This document shows positions 57,801 to 64,000 of a stretch of DNA of 64,000 bases, one piece after another; the stretch's first letter is position 1; each line of letters opens with the position of its first letter. The notes below the pieces were generated by a model, which saw only the letters and a list, made by a program, of their open reading frames with translations, did no database searches and had not been told where the DNA came from. A program made the translations under genes and the position numbers. The stretch is from a virus. Taxonomy: Duplodnaviria; Caudoviricetes. The stretch lies in the IMG/VR virus record IMGVR_UViG_3300031857_000007. One strand, written 5' to 3'.

Positions 57801-57807
57801 GGGGCAT
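51853..57807 (-). CDS. Large virion structural protein, N-terminal part of a DUF4815-like family (1984 aa), ending in a Gly/Ser linker and an S74 start motif
   Basis: MPQETNLNVSPYFDDFD...VQARELTTIQSILQNQ; APGADRL; directly after gp8; C-terminus ...GGGMGMSDINLKTNIQPINNALNRLFSINLK. Confidence 0.8.
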   Translation of the reverse strand: MPQETNLNVSPYFDDFDAINGYYRVLFKPGYPVQARELTTIQSILQNQIEQFGNHFFKEGSVVIPGGVNYVDSYKAVELQNLYLGTNVIAYLPSLIGRTLRGQNSGVRATVIGVLDFTNSDRGNNTLYVNYLNSDSQTNSYEGFADGEILLIEGALTTKSSLNREQSVIFQDGEGIASTISVDCNSPSSAVIISSGVYFLRGCFVEVPEQTILLDQYSNTPSYKVGFEIFEDIITSDKDKSLNDNAQGFSNYSAPGADRLSIKAVISKVPLGVKDVENFVQLLEVENGVLRSVSNTPQYNILQKELARRTYEESGDYYVVQPKLSVQESLNDLKGNNGLFTEDQITYDGKVPSEDLGTYKISPLKAFVRGYEIETISPTFIDFEKPRTTKKLQNRSINYVTGPTFTLNRVYGSPSLGIATSYTLSLRNSRIGSDQKTASGKEIGLARVYDFALESGSYSTAYPDINEWDISLYDIQTYTEIFLNEPISLSNSVHIKGKSSGAVGFLRFDASNSGIITAYNTKGNFIVGEKIIFNGTESISRVSTAITDYYPNDIKSLYGVVGSASTFTADVKQYPSINIGQVNITAGSGGISTVSSSSFIFSGIATVGNIVSYSNPGLSTVSYARIEAVFQNSIRISAVNKVIGVCEGDLPTTIINPSDFNILTSRFQSSTDNTLYTVLPNQNISSVDLENSNLTIRKEFIVNITSNSTGTIVAGSNETFLPFDEERYVLIRYDGQTENLSADKFVFTSGSTELTINGLGSNTTARLIATLRKVNIKEKVKNRNRVRSIIIDKSKYEGSGIGSTTFNDGLTYGNYPYGTRVQDSDICLMEPDVTKIIGIFESNDTSNPDLPAISMISLSGPTNKTGDLLIGEEIVGKESNAVAIYSEKLNDLKISLIYLNENRFKVGETVKFKESGIQAIITEVESGDQNITNSFTFENGQTNTIYDYSRIVRKTTSSEPTRRLKILFESASYLPSDTGDITIINSYNQFDYCDLPAINGVKSSDIIDIRPRVSNYSVTSGSRSPFEFLARSFTSSGNSASNILASDESILLDYSYYLPRIDKIFLTKEGYLQLSKGEPSDNPQPPLPADDAIEVATMLLPAYLCDLSSINISMMEHKRYRMVDISSLENRIKNLEYYTSLSLLESDTSNLQIRDTNGLNRFKCGFFVDDFSDTKSQLKKTIVKNSIDVKNSELRPSPYTTSIDLLLGSTSFVGIDGVYDPTADLGYVTDLIGTGIKRTGDVITLDYTEVLEIDQPYGTRVESVAPYRVAYYNGTIELTPSSDIWVDTVRLSANNINVQGNYTETFSQISIADLDKQTGFGPVIWGSWETNWTGTTKQTQTEVVQDEYGNTFQETYDITLASGTAARKGLRTSTKAEFSTVSLGDKILSTDIIPYMRSRNIEFVAKRLKPSTRVYAFFDGKDINRFIVPKLIEVSMQFGSFVVGETVKGYIEGSSQDTQESPSISFRVSSSNHKYGPYNNPSDIYVSNPYNRNEFLPSEYSTTSTTLNVDTYSLAYQSQGLYYGYVLPGMKLKGQTSGAEATVADVRLITDSIGVIIGSFYIPNPNINTNPYFTTGTKLFRLTSSNLNSQVQGSITSAEEKFYAEGKVNKAQENVLSLRNVRVENQTVIDATSVVSDGYTVVETTPINVPSIPPSPAPVSGGGRGDNDTPLSKPVDVPNPPVAPTTGVEYLLTTARGTGKTVAVELQTVTYQGKEYNYAELESKKSISTQEAKQIFAQQGVTLTAADIRFERKTRDKDIRQDKLDARIVSDEKLNNILSQSGVKSRNTDTKVIANVSRTGGTNRSVTVGQQVTTTQRSKDGFVGKNNTRSVGTSIVISGGSMGGGSNMSSGSGGFVTSNSNSSNRGGNSSGSMSGGGGGNNGGSAGGASMSGGGGGSSGGGMSGGSSGGSSGGGSSGGSSGGGMSGGSSGGGSSGGSSGGGMSGGSSGGGSSGGGGMGMSDINLKTNIQPINNALNRLFSINLK
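51925..52280 (-). repeat. Gly/Ser/Met low-complexity linker with an exact 54-bp tandem duplication
   Basis: Unit gccactgctgccgccactcattcctccaccactgctaccaccactactaccgcc starts at 51964 and again at 52018; a degenerate third copy follows. Confidence 0.9.
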
Positions 57808-57813
57808 AACCGT

Positions 57814-59367
57814 TTAGAATTGCAAAATAACTTTTATATCTTCTTTTTGATTTGAAGACCTTGTTATTGAAGGTCTATTGTCAACATAAATTATATTTCC
57901 AGAATATTTTTTAACTTCTGGATCAGAAACTCCATCGACAAAAGTTTGTCCAAGATAATATGTCCTACTATTTATTGTAGTTGAGACACCACTAAAACTT
58001 GTGTCTATACCTAGATTGACACTTCCTCCATAAATTGTTAGCGAACCTCCGGATATTGGATTTGCACTAAATTCATTCATATCATATCCATAGATTGGTG
58101 TCGTATTTCTTGATCCATCACTATTAAAACCAACAAGAGTTCTATCTTGCCAGTATTTAAGAACTCCAGTGTCTTGGTCATAGAAAACAACCCTACCAAC
58201 AGCCGTTATGCCAAGACCTATAGTTTGAGTAATAAAACTATTTTCAGTAAAGACCGCTGTGCTATATCCACTACCAACAAGTTTTAATGCTGACAAACAA
58301 CTTGCTTTAGATAAAGTCAATATTGAATCCGAATTAAAACTTTCTGGATTTTCTATAATTCCAATTCTAGCAATCTTATTGCCTACAACAAAATCTGGAT
58401 TTTGTATATCATTTTCAATTCTAGAATAAATTAAGATATTGTATGCGCCCAGTTCTCGGTATATGTCATATCCATGTCCACCTTTTGGTGGAATTATTAA
58501 ATCAAACGTTGGTCTTGTAGAACCAGTTGGAACATTTCCAGATTCCAAATCAATTGTTCCGTATGTATATCCAGATCCACCTTTAGTTATCGTAACAGTA
58601 TCAACTTTAGAATCATTATTGACCACAATAGTAGCTTCTGCTCCAGATCCATCACCCTTAATAGGAACCCTGGTATAAACTCTATTTGCAGTTCCTATAC
58701 CAATACCTCTATTGGTAATAACTGCAATTTTTAGTTGACCACTAGTAGAAGCATTGTCCCTAACTGCAAAATTTTCTGCACTATTTTCCCAATCTGTTGG
58801 AACGGGAATAAAATTAATAGAATCAAATTTTACAATGTCACTTGGTTTAATTGTATAGAGATATTTCCACACATATCCATCTCCACTAGAACCTGCAGAT
58901 CTTGGTTCTAAGTCCGTAAATGTTGGTTCGTCTAAAGATGGTCTTCCTGTAGGATTTTCTGGATCTGTTCCATTATGTAGACAAATATACACTCTAAAAT
59001 CACTATTTACAACATAAAAATTTGAAGAATATATACTAGTAGCATTTGAAGGTTTAGATGTATTTGTCCTGCTAATATCATGACGATACATATCATAAGT
59101 GGTTCCGGAAGACCATGTTATTTTTCTAACCACTTGACGCACATCGTCACTTCCAATTTTTTTTAATGCTACGATAGTATCCCAATAATCGGATTCTTCG
59201 TTAAAATTATCTTTAGGTGCAAGTGGTGAAGTATCCCAAGTGGAACTATAATCTGTTGCATTGGTCAAACCAACAAATGCATAATAAGAATTTGCTGAGG
59301 AAGTTGCTGCAGAAACAAAATTTTTTGCATTTAATATTCTAAATTGATCAGTTATAATTGCAGACAT
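57814..59367 (-). CDS. gp8: Baseplate wedge subunit gp8
   Basis: MSAIITDQFRILNA, YDMYRHD, DGYVWKYLYTI, C-terminal KYSGNIIYVDNR...QKEDIKVILQF. Confidence 0.92.
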   Translation of the reverse strand: MSAIITDQFRILNAKNFVSAATSSANSYYAFVGLTNATDYSSTWDTSPLAPKDNFNEESDYWDTIVALKKIGSDDVRQVVRKITWSSGTTYDMYRHDISRTNTSKPSNATSIYSSNFYVVNSDFRVYICLHNGTDPENPTGRPSLDEPTFTDLEPRSAGSSGDGYVWKYLYTIKPSDIVKFDSINFIPVPTDWENSAENFAVRDNASTSGQLKIAVITNRGIGIGTANRVYTRVPIKGDGSGAEATIVVNNDSKVDTVTITKGGSGYTYGTIDLESGNVPTGSTRPTFDLIIPPKGGHGYDIYRELGAYNILIYSRIENDIQNPDFVVGNKIARIGIIENPESFNSDSILTLSKASCLSALKLVGSGYSTAVFTENSFITQTIGLGITAVGRVVFYDQDTGVLKYWQDRTLVGFNSDGSRNTTPIYGYDMNEFSANPISGGSLTIYGGSVNLGIDTSFSGVSTTINSRTYYLGQTFVDGVSDPEVKKYSGNIIYVDNRPSITRSSNQKEDIKVILQF

Positions 59368-59380
59368 TTTTAACGTTTTT

Positions 59381-59388
59381 TATTTATT
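59381..59388 (-). promoter_or_regulatory. Late promoter variant AATAAATA for gp8
   Basis: At the gp7 stop, 14 bp upstream of gp8. Confidence 0.55.
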
Positions 59389-62300
59389 TATGAATTATAA
59401 TTAAAGTATCTCAATGGATTTAATCTAATTAAAATTGGATTAGTTGACAAACCAGTTGTTCCATTGTTATTGTACGAATTAAATGCTGTTGGATTAGTTC
59501 TGCTATTTGTAGAAACTTTTCCCCAACTATAATTGCCATAGTATCCTGTGTTAGCAATTCCTGTTAACCCATTATAAGAAGAAACTGAAGTTATGACTCT
59601 TGAAACATAAGTTACACCTATACCAGGTATACTTCTTGTTACATTAGAAACAGAAATAACCTCATAAACATTGTCCAGAAACTCCGTGCCAACGCCAACG
59701 ATAGATTTATCTCTCCTTAAAGAAGTTACACCATTTCCAACATTTGATTTATTTACTACGAAATAATATCCAGTAGAAATTCCACTAATTGTTATTGCTG
59801 TTCCTACAATCGAAGAATTTCTCAATATTGAATTTTGTGGAATATAGAAATCAAATGCAATAGCAGTGGAAGCAACTCCAACTACTGAAGTTGTTGCAAC
59901 ACCAACAATTCTTCCAAAATCACCCTCATATGAAACATATTCAATAATCTCTGAAATTGGTTCTGGATCTTCAATTAAAACAACAGGAGGATTTGTTGTT
60001 GTATATCCAATTCCACCATAATTTATTTGAATTGAAGTTACTACTCCCGCAGAAATAAATGCATTTGCAGAAGCTCTTAGAGTGGTGCCCAATCCGACAG
60101 GATTTGCAATAGTAACTGTTGGATTTGTTGAGTATCCAATTCCGCCACTTGTAATATTAATAGAACTTATCGTTCCTGCAATTGATACTATTGCGGTACT
60201 AGCAGCCGATACTTTTTGATCTTGTGAAGTCAATTTGACTGTGTAGTAGATTGAAGAAGATGTATTCTCCTTAGCACTATCAAAGAATGACTTAACACTT
60301 TCCACAAAAATAAATGTAGATCCTACTCCAACACTTTGTATTATATTTGTTGATGGATTTACTAAGGGTTCATACCATTCTCTGTTTTTGGAAATTTGTA
60401 TGCCGTCAATAATAACATCCTCTGTTTGTCTGCACCAGATTACAGGTCTTAAAAGATTTCTATTTGAAGAAACACCAATATTAGAATATGGGTTTGTCAA
60501 AACACTATCCGAAGAATTAACTCTTGTGACCAATCTATTTGTTTGATTTAAACTAAGATCTTCACTATAAATTCTTAACTGATCTCCAACTTTAACAGTT
60601 TCTAAAATATCAACAGAAACTACATCGACACCTTCAGTTCCCTTATAGAAAAGAATTTTAGAAGTATCTCCTGCTCTAGGTGCTTCTACAAACTTGATAA
60701 TGCTTCCACCTTCAAATATGTAGGATTGTCCTGGTGTTTGTAAAATATCATTTATAAACACTAGCAGTGTAGATTCTACATTAATGTTTGATCCTTTTTT
60801 GGATCTTATTGACTGTTGAACTCCATCAATTTTTATTGGGAAAGTATTAACTTGACCATCAAATAATTCATCTATATTATCAATAACTTGAAAACTTCCA
60901 AGAGACCAACCATTAAACTGGTCATTATAAATTCTATCGATTGATAATTCAAATGGTTGAAGATTCTTTGTTATATCTGTTGGAATGCCAGTGGATCCAC
61001 CATACTCAATAGTTAATTTTTCACCCTGACCGTATCCATACCCATTATTTTGTATCTCAAAGTCAATGATACTTGATCCTTGTCCAACTACAATACTAAT
61101 AGTTGCTCCAGTACCAAATCCAGGAGTTGAATTTGTGGAATAAACTAAAGGAATATTTGAATATGATAATGGAGAATCAAAAATTACCTTTGGTGGATTA
61201 CTTGAAGTATATCCAATTCCAGGATTTGTTATTGAGACACGAACAATATTTCCATTACTAACTGAAGCAAATCCAACATAGGTTATATTTGTAGAAGTTA
61301 ATGATTCTGTATACACACCAACATTAACAGTTGTTTGAATTCCAGATCTATATCCAGATCCACTATTTCCAATACTTATTGCTGAGATTGTTCCTGCAGA
61401 AGAAACGATTGCAGTTCCACCTGCAGCAACAAGAGGTTGATATCCAAAACCTTTAGTGGAACCAACAGAAACAATCTGTCCTCCGAATGGTAAATTTGTG
61501 CTAGTAATATCATCTGGATCATATGATCCATTAAATGTTATTGAAGTTATACCTGCATTTTCTGTTAATGTATAGTCTCCTACAATATCAACTACTCCAA
61601 GTCTTTGTGGTCCTTGGAATATTTGATTGATCAGAATTACCGCATTATCTGAAGAAATTCCTGAGATATTTTTGCCTTCTGATCTTAATGTAAATGTTGA
61701 CTTAATTCCAGTAAACCCTTCAGAAATATCGTCAAAAATATAATTTTTACTATAAGGATCACTTGTAGAATTTGTAGCGGAAGACCTCATAAAAGATCTA
61801 CCACTAAATGTTGAATGAGTAGTTATTCCTGTATAGTCTCTATCATCTGGTCTATTACTATCAGTTCCTATAGGAGATTTTCCATAAGGTGCTTTAAAGA
61901 AATTAATAGTATTTCCAACAATATTATAATCTCCTAATATCTTTTTAATTAAACTGCCAACAGTGTGAATTCCAATATTTGTACCCATCCAACCACGTTG
62001 GACTTGTACAATATTAGTACTTCCAAGTCCTACAGTATTCAATCTCATAATTTCATCATCGACCATAATTAAGTCATCGCTGAAGAATGAAGTAATTCCT
62101 GAGAATTTGACTCTATCATCAACGATTTCAACTGTTTTCGCGCATGTCGTAGTAATAGAAGAACCAACAATAGGAGATTGAATTACATTATCAATTGTCA
62201 CTAATACTCTAGAATTTTGTCTCTTAGAAGTAAATGAGTGAACAGTTCCGATACCAAGTGAATTTAATTGCAGTGGAATTGGAACAGCCTTTAAAGCATC

Positions 62301-64000
62301 TGTTGCAGAAGCAGCAACTCTTATATCTAAGTCACTTACTTTAATTGCATAAATTGATCCTGGCAATTTATTGGTTATTCCTATTCCGGGAATTGATATT
62401 GCAGTTGTAATTCCAATAGATTGAGTATTTCCAATTCCAGGAGAAGAATATTGGAGTTCTTCGCCAGTAACAAAATAATGTTCTGGAATTCTTATAGTAT
62501 TATTTGTAATATTAACAACGCTTGAATCGGTGCCGTCAAAATAACGCTTAAAGATTTCTCTACCGCTGCTAGTTAATTCAAAAGATCTTCTAACATCTCT
62601 TTCAGTACCTTCATATGATCCATAATTACTCTTTATAAATCCATTATTCAAATCAATATTATTTGTTGCTATTCCCTCATCCAATGGTTTCATTGCAACT
62701 TGGAATATTCTAACCTGTGCATTAATATTTGGATTTGGCGTAAAGTATAAATTAGTTTGATTTCCTGAAATGTCAGATCCAAAAGTTCCAAGTCCACTAT
62801 GAGTTTCTACAATTCCAAATTCTGTAATTGAGGTTGTATTGAAAACTGTCTCATCAACAACAACCAATTCTGAAATCTGATATCTACTATTGGTTGTATC
62901 TTCGACAGAAGCAATATAATATGCACCAGAATAATCACTAGAATAACTTGAAACTAAGTTTTGAGTTGGGGCAGATGTAGAAGCTATAGAGACATAATTA
63001 GAACTTAATGAAGATGTGCTCAATATTGCAGTTCCTGTACCAACAGAACCACTTGTATTTGCCGCAAAAGATATTGCCATAGTGTTTATGGTTGCAGCTA
63101 CTCCTGGATTTGGTATAAATTCTACTATTAGTCCAGGACCAGACAAATATGCATTATATGTACCCAGACCACTACTTGCATATGCATTTCTTGAGTGATT
63201 TGTAATTTGACCATATTCTAAGAGATCTACATTTGTTCCATCGTGAATAGCAGTTAGTTCATCGTATTCATATATGTCATTATTAGATTCTATTTGTACT
63301 AATATTTTTGTTGAACGATATGTAGATGCTATCGATACGATTGTTGAGGGAGTGGACGAAGAAGCATTAACATTACTGGTCGATAATCTTATAATATCTC
63401 CAAAATAAGAGGTAGAAGTTGCTGTAACGTCGTCTTTTAAATTAAATGACAGAAGACTAATATTATAGTCATTAACTGTATACTTAGAAGGATAAAATAG
63501 TAAATTGCCCTCATCGCCATTTACAGTGAAGTCAAATGATCCCAGATCTTCTAGATAACTTTCGACTCTTCCGTATTGATTTAAATACCCAAAATCATTA
63601 TCATATAGTAAAGAAACTAATAGAATTTGTCTATCCGAACTAAATCTCTTATCTCTTACATATGTAATATATTTTCTAGATCTGGAGTCATTCATTCTAA
63701 ATGTATCAACAATAGAAAATGGAGTTGATCTAGGAACACTCTTGAATGTGTCACTAAAATCATCTATCTCTAATACTCTATTTCCTATTGATTGGAGATA
63801 ATCTTGTATCTCTTTCGATGTAAAGACTATATCAGTTGAAATTATATTATTATCATTATTGATCGTTTCTTCAAAAACTAAATCATAATCGTAAATGTGA
63901 TTTAGATTAATTGTAGAAGAAAAATCGCAGATTCCATAAAAATCTCCATTATCTTGAGAGGTTTGTATGCCAACATAATCCAAATCTCTTGTTTCTATAA
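59388..64000 (-). CDS. gp7: Baseplate wedge initiator gp7-like protein, 5'-truncated by the window edge
   Basis: The frame is open to base 64000 (the track's TTG start at 63983 is internal). Large protein directly upstream of gp8 with G-x-GY repeat domains, as in cyanophage gp7. Confidence 0.75.
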   Translation of the reverse strand, partial: IETRDLDYVGIQTSQDNGDFYGICDFSSTINLNHIYDYDLVFEETINNDNNIISTDIVFTSKEIQDYLQSIGNRVLEIDDFSDTFKSVPRSTPFSIVDTFRMNDSRSRKYITYVRDKRFSSDRQILLVSLLYDNDFGYLNQYGRVESYLEDLGSFDFTVNGDEGNLLFYPSKYTVNDYNISLLSFNLKDDVTATSTSYFGDIIRLSTSNVNASSSTPSTIVSIASTYRSTKILVQIESNNDIYEYDELTAIHDGTNVDLLEYGQITNHSRNAYASSGLGTYNAYLSGPGLIVEFIPNPGVAATINTMAISFAANTSGSVGTGTAILSTSSLSSNYVSIASTSAPTQNLVSSYSSDYSGAYYIASVEDTTNSRYQISELVVVDETVFNTTSITEFGIVETHSGLGTFGSDISGNQTNLYFTPNPNINAQVRIFQVAMKPLDEGIATNNIDLNNGFIKSNYGSYEGTERDVRRSFELTSSGREIFKRYFDGTDSSVVNITNNTIRIPEHYFVTGEELQYSSPGIGNTQSIGITTAISIPGIGITNKLPGSIYAIKVSDLDIRVAASATDALKAVPIPLQLNSLGIGTVHSFTSKRQNSRVLVTIDNVIQSPIVGSSITTTCAKTVEIVDDRVKFSGITSFFSDDLIMVDDEIMRLNTVGLGSTNIVQVQRGWMGTNIGIHTVGSLIKKILGDYNIVGNTINFFKAPYGKSPIGTDSNRPDDRDYTGITTHSTFSGRSFMRSSATNSTSDPYSKNYIFDDISEGFTGIKSTFTLRSEGKNISGISSDNAVILINQIFQGPQRLGVVDIVGDYTLTENAGITSITFNGSYDPDDITSTNLPFGGQIVSVGSTKGFGYQPLVAAGGTAIVSSAGTISAISIGNSGSGYRSGIQTTVNVGVYTESLTSTNITYVGFASVSNGNIVRVSITNPGIGYTSSNPPKVIFDSPLSYSNIPLVYSTNSTPGFGTGATISIVVGQGSSIIDFEIQNNGYGYGQGEKLTIEYGGSTGIPTDITKNLQPFELSIDRIYNDQFNGWSLGSFQVIDNIDELFDGQVNTFPIKIDGVQQSIRSKKGSNINVESTLLVFINDILQTPGQSYIFEGGSIIKFVEAPRAGDTSKILFYKGTEGVDVVSVDILETVKVGDQLRIYSEDLSLNQTNRLVTRVNSSDSVLTNPYSNIGVSSNRNLLRPVIWCRQTEDVIIDGIQISKNREWYEPLVNPSTNIIQSVGVGSTFIFVESVKSFFDSAKENTSSSIYYTVKLTSQDQKVSAASTAIVSIAGTISSINITSGGIGYSTNPTVTIANPVGLGTTLRASANAFISAGVVTSIQINYGGIGYTTTNPPVVLIEDPEPISEIIEYVSYEGDFGRIVGVATTSVVGVASTAIAFDFYIPQNSILRNSSIVGTAITISGISTGYYFVVNKSNVGNGVTSLRRDKSIVGVGTEFLDNVYEVISVSNVTRSIPGIGVTYVSRVITSVSSYNGLTGIANTGYYGNYSWGKVSTNSRTNPTAFNSYNNNGTTGLSTNPILIRLNPLRYFNYNS

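Noticed and set aside
9-63198. The other plus-strand and nested ORFs in the track (e.g. 520-1113, 11506-11820, 25911-26252, 42066-42479)
   Set aside because: All overlap well-supported minus-strand genes and show no recognisable motifs.
1-64000. Stop-codon reassignment or tRNA genes
   Set aside because: Core genes are full-length in the standard code, and the intergenic gaps are short with no cloverleaf seen.

Overview
A 64-kb segment of a T4-like myovirus genome with the gene content and order of T4-like cyanophages (Kyanoviridae-like; host not provable from this window). Every supported gene is on the minus strand. In transcription order (high to low coordinates): baseplate wedge gp7 (5'-truncated), gp8, a large virion structural gene split in two around an inserted cassette (Gly/Ser linker, split peptidase-S74 chaperone, SET-domain methyltransferase), a small NblA-like ORF missed by the ORF track, gp13-gp16, a ~22-kb accessory island of fibre genes plus a sulfotransferase and a multi-module basic protein, gp17-gp23, gp3, uvsY, uvsW, gp55, gp47, gp46, a short UDP-glucose dehydrogenase, a vWA/metallopeptidase plus MoxR-type (CobS-like) AAA+ pair, and a DUF3310-like gene (3'-truncated). 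Late promoters of the TATAAATA type, sigma70-like promoters, a back-to-back promoter at gp55 and two terminators are visible. I saw no tRNA, CRISPR array, intein or integrase. All family assignments come from motif recognition, not database searches.
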